Source: Bacteroidia bacterium
Lineage (GTDB): Bacteria; Bacteroidota; Bacteroidia; UKL13-3
Direction: 5' to 3'
NCBI GenBank assembly: GCA_014376805.1
Contig: JACMQU010000110.1
Coordinates: forward strand, 259 to 64,258
DNA: 64,000 nt
The translations under genes and the position numbers were made by a program. Positions 18,868 through 27,469 of the stretch are shown piece after piece. Every line of letters starts with the position of its first letter. Within the stretch, counting starts at the first letter, position 1. Below the pieces are notes generated by a model that ran no database searches, had not been told where the DNA came from, and saw nothing but the letters and a program-made list of their open reading frames with translations.

Positions 18868-19245
18868 TTGAAAAAAATAGTAGCCATATCACTCGCATTT
18901 CTGATTACGATATCTTCAGTAGGGTTCTGCTTATCCATTAATTATTGTCCTTATAAGAAAAAAGCAAGTGTTTCTCTTAATAACGATAAACCTTGTTGCT
19001 GTAGTAAAAAATCAGTTAAAAATGATTGCTGTAACAAAACAAAGGTTATACTTAAAAAGTTAAAAGATAATTACAATCCTTCAGTTCCCTTAAAATTGTC
19101 TTTGGTTCAAACCGCTATTGTAAAAAGATATTACAATTCATTTTTAATACAGCCGATCCTTTTAAAAGTGAAGATTTTTTCTGATAAATCTCCGCCTTTC
19201 AAACTTGTAGAATTAAATATTCTCTACCAGAATATTCTCATTTAA
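18868..19245 (+). CDS. HYC_CC_PP-like small Cys-rich membrane protein (leader gene of the metal-efflux operon)
   Basis: N-terminal TM helix, then NYC, CCC/DCC and SPPF motifs, ending YQNILI. Paralogue of 43186..43578. The likely start is TTG 18868 (KKIVAISLAFL); the ORF track extends it to 18850. Confidence 0.55.
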   Translation: MKKIVAISLAFLITISSVGFCLSINYCPYKKKASVSLNNDKPCCCSKKSVKNDCCNKTKVILKKLKDNYNPSVPLKLSLVQTAIVKRYYNSFLIQPILLKVKIFSDKSPPFKLVELNILYQNILI

Positions 19246-19409
19246 ACTTTCATAATTTATCATGGCTTCCATTTTATGGGAGCTATTTGTCGTTATTTTC
19301 CGACAAATTATACAATTTATTTTCTGTCTGATTTTTTTGTGCGATCGCACTTCTCTTTTGCAAAAGGAGGGTATCGTTACATCAATCAAAATATAAAAAC
19401 AACCCAAGT

Positions 19410-19754
19410 ATGAAAAATTTAATAATTTTATTGTTATCTGTATTAGTATTTAATACCATGTTACCGGCTCAGGAAAAAACCAGAAAAAGCGAAACTTTTA
19501 AAGTTTATGGTAATTGCGAAATGTGCCAGGAAACAATTGAAACCGCTTTAAAAAAGAAAGATGGTGTACTGGCTAAAAGCTGGGATACCCAAACAAAAAT
19601 GCTGACAGTTTCTTATGAGCCATCTAAAATAACGCTGACTGAAATAAAGCAGAAAATTGCTGATGTGGGTTATGATACGGATGAAATAAAAGCTAAGGCA
19701 GAAACATATAATAAATTGCATAAATGCTGTCAGTATAAAAGGTCGGAAAAATGA
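19410..19754 (+). CDS. Periplasmic heavy-metal-associated (HMA) domain protein
   Basis: Signal peptide, then an HMA fold signature (FKVYGNCEMCQETIETALKK..GV....W......L.V.Y) with a CxxC metal site. An extra CC lies near the C-terminus. Confidence 0.75.
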   Translation: MKNLIILLLSVLVFNTMLPAQEKTRKSETFKVYGNCEMCQETIETALKKKDGVLAKSWDTQTKMLTVSYEPSKITLTEIKQKIADVGYDTDEIKAKAETYNKLHKCCQYKRSEK

Positions 19755-19865
19755 TTATTATTATTTAGTGACCCCGCTTTTTACGTTAACCATTAAGCAA
19801 TTTTGAAACCGTTAGGTTCTCACAAAAAATGATTAGTCTACAATTCCTTAATTAGTAATTTATTT

Positions 19866-21140
19866 ATGGTAAAATACCTTATATCGTTTTCGCTTCATAA
19901 CAGGTGGATAGTACTTTTGGTTTGCCTCTGTATGTTTTTATGGGGTTTATATGCGGTAAAGAAAAATCCGATTGATGCGATACCGGATTTATCCGAAAAC
20001 CAGGTAATTGTTTTTACGGAATGGGTGGGGCGTAGTCCTCAGTTAATTGAAGATCAGGTTACCTATCCTTTAGTATCTAATTTGCAGAATATACCGAATA
20101 TAAAAAATGTGAGAGGCACCTCCATGTTTGGGATGAGCTTTGTGTATATTGTGTTTGAAGATAATGTTGACATATACTGGGCACGAACAAGGGTTCTGGA
20201 GAAACTTAGCTATGCACAACGATTATTACCTGAAGGAATAACGCCTGCACTTGGGCCTGACGGGACTGGTGTAGGTCATGTATTTTGGTACACACTTCAT
20301 GCACCTGGTTATGATTTGGGAGAGTTAAGGGCATTACAGGATTGGTACATAAAATATGGTTTACAAACGGTAAAAGGTGTAAGTGAGGTTGCTTCTTTTG
20401 GCGGCATGCAAAAACAATATCAGATAAATATTGATCCGCATAAACTTACTTATTATAATGTATCGCTTACCGATGTGTTAAAATCTGTTAAAAGTAATAA
20501 CAATGATGTAAGCGGCAGAAAATTTGAAATGAATGATATGGGCTATATCGTAAGAGGTTTGGGATATATAAAAAAGATAGAAGACGTTGAAAATATTCCG
20601 GTAGGAAAAGATGGAACCACACCTATCAGAATTAAAGATGTGGCCTCGGTACAAATGGGAGGTGATCTTAGGCTTGGAATTTTTGATGAAAACGGGGAAG
20701 GTGAGGTAGTAGGTGGTATAGTGGTGATGCGGTATAAAGAAAATGCAGATGAGGTAATACGCCGCGTAAAAAGTAAACTGGCAGCTATTGAAAAAGGATT
20801 ACCTGAAGGTGTTCAATTTAAAATTGCCTATGACCGCAGCGAATTAATAGAAGCCGCTATAAGTTCTGTTAAGAGAACATTAATTGAAGAAATAATAGTG
20901 GTGTCTCTTATCGTTATCCTTTTCTTGTTTCACTGGAGAAGTGCATTCATCATTATCATCCAGATTCCTGTTTCTATTGCCGCAAGTTTTATTCTTTTAA
21001 ATGCATTTGGAATCTCCTCAAACATTATGTCTATTACGGGTATTGCCCTGGCTATTGGGGTAGTGGTTGATGATGGAATTATTATGGTTGAAAACGCTTA
21101 TCGACATATTGCCGATGCGCAACAAAAAAATGAATTATAA
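19866..21140 (+). CDS. cusA: CusA-type heavy-metal RND pump, N-terminal piece (TM1 to TM4)
   Basis: Collinear with the E. coli CusA N-terminus as I recall it (NRWIVLL, AIPDLSENQVIV, FGMSFVYIVFEDNVDIYWARTRVLEKL, GPDGTGVGHVFWY). Ends at TAA 21138-21140 in the TM4-TM5 cytoplasmic loop. Confidence 0.85.
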   Translation: MVKYLISFSLHNRWIVLLVCLCMFLWGLYAVKKNPIDAIPDLSENQVIVFTEWVGRSPQLIEDQVTYPLVSNLQNIPNIKNVRGTSMFGMSFVYIVFEDNVDIYWARTRVLEKLSYAQRLLPEGITPALGPDGTGVGHVFWYTLHAPGYDLGELRALQDWYIKYGLQTVKGVSEVASFGGMQKQYQINIDPHKLTYYNVSLTDVLKSVKSNNNDVSGRKFEMNDMGYIVRGLGYIKKIEDVENIPVGKDGTTPIRIKDVASVQMGGDLRLGIFDENGEGEVVGGIVVMRYKENADEVIRRVKSKLAAIEKGLPEGVQFKIAYDRSELIEAAISSVKRTLIEEIIVVSLIVILFLFHWRSAFIIIIQIPVSIAASFILLNAFGISSNIMSITGIALAIGVVVDDGIIMVENAYRHIADAQQKNEL

Positions 21141-23056
21141 TGAAAGAAGATACAGAAAATAAGAATCAAAAACGCCTGAATATAATTGAGAAATCTTGTC
21201 AGCAGATAGGTAAAGGAGCGTTCTATTCTACTATCATTATTATGGCTTCTTTCTTACCGGTTTTTTTACTTACCGGACAGGAAGGTAAACTTTTTTCACC
21301 CCTTGCTTACACCAAAACATTTATCATGTTAATTGATGCCTTTGTTGCTGTAACACTGGTGCCTGTATTGATTTCGTTTTTCTTAAAAGGAAACTGTAAA
21401 CCTGAAAGTAAAAACCCGGTAAACAATTTTTTATTGAAATTATATTCTCCGTTACTGAGGTGGTGTTTGCGTTGGAGAAAGACAACAATCGGGATCAATT
21501 TTATGGCATTATGCATTAGTATTCCAATGGTATTAAGTTTGGGTACAGAGTTTATGCCCCCATTGGATGAGGGCAGTATCTTATTTATGCCCGTTACGTT
21601 ACCTGATGTATCTAATGCCGAAGTTAAAAGAATATTGCAGGTACAGGATAAATTAATTAAGTCTTTACCTGAAGTAGTAAATGTTTTAGGTAAAGCAGGT
21701 AGAGCTAATACGGCAACAGATAATTCTCCCGTGAGTATGATTGAAACAATAATTTTGTTAAAGCCAAAAAGCGAATGGAGACCGGGAATTAAAAAGGAAG
21801 ATATTGTTTCGGAACTGAATGCGAAAATTCAAATTCCGGGTACTGTAAATGGCTGGACTCAACCCATAATTAACCGGATTAATATGCTTTCTACCGGTAT
21901 AAGAACAGATGTAGGTGTGAAAATATTTGGCGATAACCTGGATACTATTAACAGGCTTGCACAACTCATTAATCAGGAACTTACCGGTTTAAATGGTGTA
22001 AAAGATTTGTATGCTGAACCTATAACAGGAGGGAAATACCTCGACATCAGAATTAAGAAAGAAGAGATAGGAAGGTATGGTTTAAACGTGGATGATGTAA
22101 ATATGGTTATTGAATCGGCATTGGGAGGAATGAACCTGACAACTACAATTGAAGGAAGGAAAAGATTTAGTGTTAATGCAAGATTTGGACAAGATTTTAG
22201 AAATTCGATAAGTGACATTAAACGTACCCCTATACAAACTACAGATTATGGTCCTATACCACTTTCATCGGTAGCCGAAATACATATAGTAGAAGGGCCT
22301 CCTATGATACAATCAGAAAATTCTTTGTTGAGAGGCACTGTTTTATTTAATGTAAGAGGCAGGGATTTAGGAAGTACAGTTATGGAAGCGCAACAAAAAA
22401 TAAATGAAACCATAGCAAAACTGCCAAGAGGATATTTTATAGAATGGAGCGGACAATGGGAAAACCAGATTAGGGCAACCAATACCCTTAAAATGATCAT
22501 TCCTGTTGTTTTACTAATTATATTCATTGTTCTGTATTTGGTTTATAAGTCTTTTAGAGAAGCTTTTTTTAGCCTGGTTACCGTACCTTTTGCATTAATT
22601 GGAGGTGTTTTTATGATTTACTTTTATCAGGTAAATTTATCGGTGGCAGTGGCTGTAGGTTTTATTGCACTTTTTGGCATTGCTGTTCAAACAGGAATAT
22701 TTATGGTTATTTATTTACAGGAGGCCATGCATGAATTGGTGAAACTAAAGGGTAATTCGAGAGAAACAATTTCTGATGAAGATTTAAGGGAATATGTATA
22801 CAGAGGAGCGGCACAACGTTTACGCCCTAAAATTATGACTGTATGCGTGGCACTATTCGGATTAGTGCCAATTTTATGGTCTCATGGAGTGGGCAGCGAT
22901 GTAATGATACCAATTGTACTGCCGATGATTGGAGGTGTGCTTACCTCTTCTATTCATGTGTTGTTAACTACGCCGGTGGTTTTTGAAATGACTAAGCGTT
23001 TTGAATTAAATAAATTTGGTAAAATGGATATGGTTGAATCAACTATCGGGCATTGA
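21140..23056 (+). CDS. cusA: CusA-type heavy-metal RND pump, C-terminal piece (TM5 to TM12)
   Basis: ATG overlaps the upstream stop (TAATG). The sequence continues the CusA alignment without loss (SFLPVFLLTGQEGKLFSPLAYTKT). The positions of the three CusA Met ligands are kept (LFMPVT, VSMIET, INMLSTG). Confidence 0.85.
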   Translation: MKEDTENKNQKRLNIIEKSCQQIGKGAFYSTIIIMASFLPVFLLTGQEGKLFSPLAYTKTFIMLIDAFVAVTLVPVLISFFLKGNCKPESKNPVNNFLLKLYSPLLRWCLRWRKTTIGINFMALCISIPMVLSLGTEFMPPLDEGSILFMPVTLPDVSNAEVKRILQVQDKLIKSLPEVVNVLGKAGRANTATDNSPVSMIETIILLKPKSEWRPGIKKEDIVSELNAKIQIPGTVNGWTQPIINRINMLSTGIRTDVGVKIFGDNLDTINRLAQLINQELTGLNGVKDLYAEPITGGKYLDIRIKKEEIGRYGLNVDDVNMVIESALGGMNLTTTIEGRKRFSVNARFGQDFRNSISDIKRTPIQTTDYGPIPLSSVAEIHIVEGPPMIQSENSLLRGTVLFNVRGRDLGSTVMEAQQKINETIAKLPRGYFIEWSGQWENQIRATNTLKMIIPVVLLIIFIVLYLVYKSFREAFFSLVTVPFALIGGVFMIYFYQVNLSVAVAVGFIALFGIAVQTGIFMVIYLQEAMHELVKLKGNSRETISDEDLREYVYRGAAQRLRPKIMTVCVALFGLVPILWSHGVGSDVMIPIVLPMIGGVLTSSIHVLLTTPVVFEMTKRFELNKFGKMDMVESTIGH

Positions 23057-23058
23057 TT

Positions 23059-24282
23059 ATGAAAAAAACGAATTTGTTACTGTGGGTGGTTTGTATTTCT
23101 TTTTTTACTTTAAGGGCTCAGCCTTTAACGCTGGATTCAATTATATTCATCATTGAAAAAAATAACCCCGAAATAAAAAAATTCACTTATAAAATAAATG
23201 GACTGGATGCTAATGTGAAAGGTGCAGGAAACTGGGATGCACCTTTGGTGGGAGCAGGCCTGTGGATGGTACCTTATGCGCTTACGGGCAACGGATCTTA
23301 TATGCTTTCCATACAGCAAATGATTCCAAATCCGCAAAAGATTAAAGCAAGGCAAAACTATTTATCAGGTATCGGATCGGTTCAAACCGAAAACAAAAAC
23401 TATTTAAAAAACCAATTAATTGCAGAAGCCAAATCATTGTATTATGAATGGATGGTATTGAAAAAAAAACAGATAATTATTGGTGAAAACGAAGAGATTA
23501 TTAGCTTAATAATAAAAGAAGTGGAACTTAAATATGCCTACGAACAAGGTAAACTTAACAACGTCTATAAAGCAAAAGCCAATTTATACCAGTTAAAAAA
23601 CGCACAATTAAACTTGCAAAATGATATCCGGCAAAAAGCAATTTCGTTAAATGCTTTAATGTACAGGAATAAAGATTTTGTATTTGATATAGACACACTA
23701 TATGTAATTAAAAACTACACTGAAAATATGCTGGATAATTCAATATTATTAACTGTAAGAAGCGATATTAAAGCAATTGATAAATCTATTCAATTAATAA
23801 AGTTGAACCAAAATGTACAGATTAAAAAAAAGAAGCCTGATTTCGGAATCCGGTATGATAACATGTTCGCTATAGGGAACCAAATGAATCAGTTTAATGT
23901 TATGGGCATGTTTACAATACCCATTGTGCCCTGGGCCAACAGAGAATATAAAGCGAATATAATAGCAGGCAATTTTGAGATACAGGCATTTGAAGAAGAA
24001 AAGAAGGCAATTGCTAATGAGGCAGCAAAAAAAATTCAGTCGGTTATAGCTCAGTTAAAAAATAAAAAGCTACAGCTCGTTCTGTATGAAAAAAATATTC
24101 TTCCTGCTTTACAAAATAATTATAAACTAACACTATTGGCTTATAAACAAAATACGGAAGACTTGTTTATAGTTCTTGATGCATTGCAAACATTTAAAAT
24201 GGGGCAATTAGAATATTTGAACCAATTGCAGGACTTGTTAATACTACAAACTGATTATGAAAAAGAACTTGAGATATTGTAA
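23059..24282 (+). CDS. TolC-family outer-membrane efflux factor
   Basis: Signal peptide, about 400 aa of heptad-like alpha-helical repeats typical of OMF proteins. Lies 3 nt after the pump gene. Confidence 0.75.
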   Translation: MKKTNLLLWVVCISFFTLRAQPLTLDSIIFIIEKNNPEIKKFTYKINGLDANVKGAGNWDAPLVGAGLWMVPYALTGNGSYMLSIQQMIPNPQKIKARQNYLSGIGSVQTENKNYLKNQLIAEAKSLYYEWMVLKKKQIIIGENEEIISLIIKEVELKYAYEQGKLNNVYKAKANLYQLKNAQLNLQNDIRQKAISLNALMYRNKDFVFDIDTLYVIKNYTENMLDNSILLTVRSDIKAIDKSIQLIKLNQNVQIKKKKPDFGIRYDNMFAIGNQMNQFNVMGMFTIPIVPWANREYKANIIAGNFEIQAFEEEKKAIANEAAKKIQSVIAQLKNKKLQLVLYEKNILPALQNNYKLTLLAYKQNTEDLFIVLDALQTFKMGQLEYLNQLQDLLILQTDYEKELEIL

Positions 24283-24298
24283 ACTTAAAAGATTTGTA

Positions 24299-25525
24299 AT
24301 GTGGCAACTTACTATTCCCGTTTTATTACTTTACTTAGTTATTGGTTCATGCAATACTAACACTAAACAGAATACAGAAAAAGTGAGTGTGGATAGCTCT
24401 ACCTTATATTACTGCCCTATGCATCCGGAGATAGTAAAACTATCACCCGGTATCTGTCCTAAGCCTGTGTGTAAGGGAATGGAACTTATAAAAAAAGTAA
24501 ATGATAAGGGCATGGCAGAAGTGTTAAATCCGGTTAATTCTAATGTACTCTCCTCTATAAAAACGGTTCATCCTAAAGAAATGGAACTGGCAACGGATAT
24601 AAACAGTCAGGGCTATATTGATTTTGATAACCGTACCAAACATAATGTAGCTTCAAAATATAATGGAAGGATAGAAAAACTATATATAAAAAATAATTTC
24701 CAACTTGTAAAAAAGGGAGACAGACTTTTTGATATTTATAGTCCCGAACTAATAACCCTTCAGCAAAATCTCATTTACCTGCTTTCGGGCAATGGTTCAG
24801 AAGAACTTATTAACGGCACTAAACTTAAGCTAAAATTATTGGGCTTTACAGATGGGCAAACGGATGCGCTTGTTAAAACTAAAAAAGTATTGCAGGTTGT
24901 TCCCGTATTTAGTAAATACAATGGCCATGTGCATGAAGCACCTGATACACGCCAAACAAATATGAGCATGCAAAGCAGGCAACAAACTGCTGAACTTTCT
25001 GTTAAAGAAGGCATGTACGTGGAAAAGGGTAAAGGAATCTTTAATATTTTTGATCCCAGTGATTTGGTGGTTATTTTAAAAATAAATGCAACTGATGTAG
25101 CTGAAATATGGGTGGGACAGGAAGTAAAATATACCGTTAATGAGGTTTCTGATAGTGTTTTGAGGGGAAAAATTAATTTTATTGAACCTTTCTATCAACA
25201 GGGTGGCAAAACCTTACTGGTAAGAGTTAATATGAACAACCATGAACAACACCATAAAGCAGGAAGTTTGGTTAAGGCAATAATAAAAGGTAAAAAAACG
25301 GAAGGCCTTTGGATACCAGAAAATGCTGTATTGAATCTGGGTATTAACAAAATGGTATGGCTTAAGAAGGGTGGAGGATTTGTATCGCATAAAATAGAGA
25401 TAGGGGTTACTTCAAATGATTGGATAGAAGTATATGATGGCTTAACAAAAAGAGATGAAATTGCAGCTGAAGCACATTATTTAAATGACAGTGAAAGTAT
25501 AATTAAAATGGATAGTGACAAGTAA
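24299..25525 (+). CDS. RND periplasmic adaptor (CusB-like) with N-terminal heavy-metal-binding domain, copy 1
   Basis: Lipoprotein signal (LVIGSC), a YYCPMHPEIV..PGICPKPVCKGMEL four-Cys metal-binding motif, then a lipoyl/beta-barrel adaptor body (NGRIEKLYIKNNFQLVKKGDRLFDIYSPEL). Confidence 0.8.
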   Translation: MWQLTIPVLLLYLVIGSCNTNTKQNTEKVSVDSSTLYYCPMHPEIVKLSPGICPKPVCKGMELIKKVNDKGMAEVLNPVNSNVLSSIKTVHPKEMELATDINSQGYIDFDNRTKHNVASKYNGRIEKLYIKNNFQLVKKGDRLFDIYSPELITLQQNLIYLLSGNGSEELINGTKLKLKLLGFTDGQTDALVKTKKVLQVVPVFSKYNGHVHEAPDTRQTNMSMQSRQQTAELSVKEGMYVEKGKGIFNIFDPSDLVVILKINATDVAEIWVGQEVKYTVNEVSDSVLRGKINFIEPFYQQGGKTLLVRVNMNNHEQHHKAGSLVKAIIKGKKTEGLWIPENAVLNLGINKMVWLKKGGGFVSHKIEIGVTSNDWIEVYDGLTKRDEIAAEAHYLNDSESIIKMDSDK

Positions 25526-25535
25526 TAACCAACCG

Positions 25536-26789
25536 ATGAAACAGGAAAAGGAACAACAACAAAAAACATTTACTATTTTCATTGCTAAACTGCCTAAAAG
25601 GATAACATTTCTTCTGATGGTTGTAGCTATGTTTTTTTTATTTTACTCCTGCAGAAAGCCTAAAGAAAAAATTGCAGAAAACGAATATTATATATGTTCC
25701 ATGGATCCGCAGGTAATGGAAAAACAACCAGGTAATTGTCCTATTTGTCAGATGACATTAACTAAAGCAATTATTAATAGAAATCAGATGGAGGTAATTA
25801 AACTAAGTAACGAACAAATACAATTAGCCGGTATAAAAACAGCTACAGTAAGGTTTTCGGAAATTGGGGAAGAGCATGTACTATCCGGTATTTTTTCACT
25901 TAATCAAAATAACACAGAACAAATAAGTTCAAGGATTAATGGCCGTATAGAAAAATTATATCATAAAATTATTGGTGAAGAAATTAAAAAGGGCAGCCCT
26001 GTTTATGATATGTATAGCCGTGAATTATTTTTGGCACAAGATGAATATTTAATTGCATGGAACCGCTTTGAAAAAATTGAAAATCAATATACAGAAGGCA
26101 GTGAAATAGTACTTTCCGCTAAAAATAAGTTATTACTATGGGGTATGACGGAAGGCCAGATAAAAGTACTGGAGCATACCGGTATAGCGCAAGTTACACT
26201 GCCGGTATTTAGTAAAGTTTCGGGTATTATAACTAATATACCTTTAAAGGAAGGTGATTATATTAGCGAAGGAAGCCGAATTTATGCGCTGGCCGGTTTA
26301 AAGACCCTATGGGTGGAGGCCCAGTTATTCTCAAGTGAACTTAATTATTTACAGGAAGGTAAAAAAGTAGAAATTATACCGCATACCTATCCACAACAAC
26401 ATATTGAGGGTACAATTATATTTACCAACCCCGAATTACAAGAGCAAAGTAAAATTAACCTGGTGCGAATTGAAGTGGATAACAAAGATCTTATTTATAA
26501 ACCGGGTGCGCAGGTTTATGTGATCCTGAAATCTGATTTAAAAAAAGCAATTGCCGTTCCTGTAGATGCTGTAATCGCAAATGAAAACTATTCCATCGTT
26601 TGGGTTCAGAATAGCAATGAAACTTTTAGTGCAAAGACCGTAAAAACCGGAATGCAAAATAACAATGAGGTTGAGATTATTTCAGGTCTTAAAGTAGGTG
26701 AACAGGTAGTGATAAGCGGGTCTTATTTATTAAACAGTGAATTTATTTTTAAACGGGGTATGAAGCCAATGGCACAGACAAAAATGTAA
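25536..26789 (+). CDS. RND periplasmic adaptor (CusB-like) with N-terminal heavy-metal-binding domain, copy 2
   Basis: Lipoprotein signal (FLFYSC), YYICSMDPQVMEKQPGNCPICQMTL, and an adaptor body (NGRIEKLYHKIIGEEIKKGSPVYDMYSREL). Paralogue of the preceding gene. Confidence 0.8.
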   Translation: MKQEKEQQQKTFTIFIAKLPKRITFLLMVVAMFFLFYSCRKPKEKIAENEYYICSMDPQVMEKQPGNCPICQMTLTKAIINRNQMEVIKLSNEQIQLAGIKTATVRFSEIGEEHVLSGIFSLNQNNTEQISSRINGRIEKLYHKIIGEEIKKGSPVYDMYSRELFLAQDEYLIAWNRFEKIENQYTEGSEIVLSAKNKLLLWGMTEGQIKVLEHTGIAQVTLPVFSKVSGIITNIPLKEGDYISEGSRIYALAGLKTLWVEAQLFSSELNYLQEGKKVEIIPHTYPQQHIEGTIIFTNPELQEQSKINLVRIEVDNKDLIYKPGAQVYVILKSDLKKAIAVPVDAVIANENYSIVWVQNSNETFSAKTVKTGMQNNNEVEIISGLKVGEQVVISGSYLLNSEFIFKRGMKPMAQTKM

Positions 26790-27362
26790 ATGGCTAAACA
26801 AAATAAAACTATTCAAATAAAAAATATGTGTTGCCGCCGGTGTATTCTAATGGTAACAGATATTTTAGAAAAACGCAGTTTACATGTACAATCTGTGAGG
26901 CTGGGTAAGGCCGTGTTTACCGGCAATATCGACTATAAACTACTAGATAATGATTTAAAGTTAATTGGCTTTGAACGCATTATTGATCCTGAAATTATTT
27001 TAACAGAAACTATCAGAAACACCTTGTTTGAATTTATTAATAATATAGAGGAGCATACCGAAAACAATTCTAATCTGATTAAATTAGTTGAACACAAAAC
27101 GAAAATTACATTCAGGCAGGCTAACCTTGTTTTTATAAAGCACAGAAATACCACTATTGAAAAATATTTTATTTTACTGAAAATTGAAAAAGTAAAAGCA
27201 CTTATTGAAGAGGGGCAACTAAATTTTAATGAAATTGCTGAAAAGTTGGAATATAAAGCATATCAGCACCTCGCTGCACAATTTAAAAAAAACACAAGTA
27301 AAACAATGAGTAGCTTTAAAAAATCTAATCATAAAAACAGGAAGCCTTTTGATGAAATTTAA
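26790..27362 (+). CDS. Regulator with HMA-like N-terminal domain and a divergent AraC-type HTH
   Basis: IQIKNMCCRRCILMV (an HMA-like beta1-loop with Cys) and C-terminal LNFNEIAEKLEYKAYQHLAAQFKK. Paralogue of 52713..53312. The ATG abuts the upstream stop. Confidence 0.6.
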   Translation: MAKQNKTIQIKNMCCRRCILMVTDILEKRSLHVQSVRLGKAVFTGNIDYKLLDNDLKLIGFERIIDPEIILTETIRNTLFEFINNIEEHTENNSNLIKLVEHKTKITFRQANLVFIKHRNTTIEKYFILLKIEKVKALIEEGQLNFNEIAEKLEYKAYQHLAAQFKKNTSKTMSSFKKSNHKNRKPFDEI

Positions 27363-27469
27363 ACTGCATTTGAATGGATAATTTAATTATACTATTTAGG
27401 TGATAATTTGTACGCAAATTGTATAAAAATATAATTAAAATTGTAAAGGACTTAATAAACAGATCAATT

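Noticed and set aside
19339-19350. GCGATCGC core, identical to the cyanobacterial HIP1 palindrome.
   Set aside because: There is a single occurrence in a genome whose other features are Bacteroidota-like. It is reported only as a local palindrome, not as a taxonomic or HIP1 signal.
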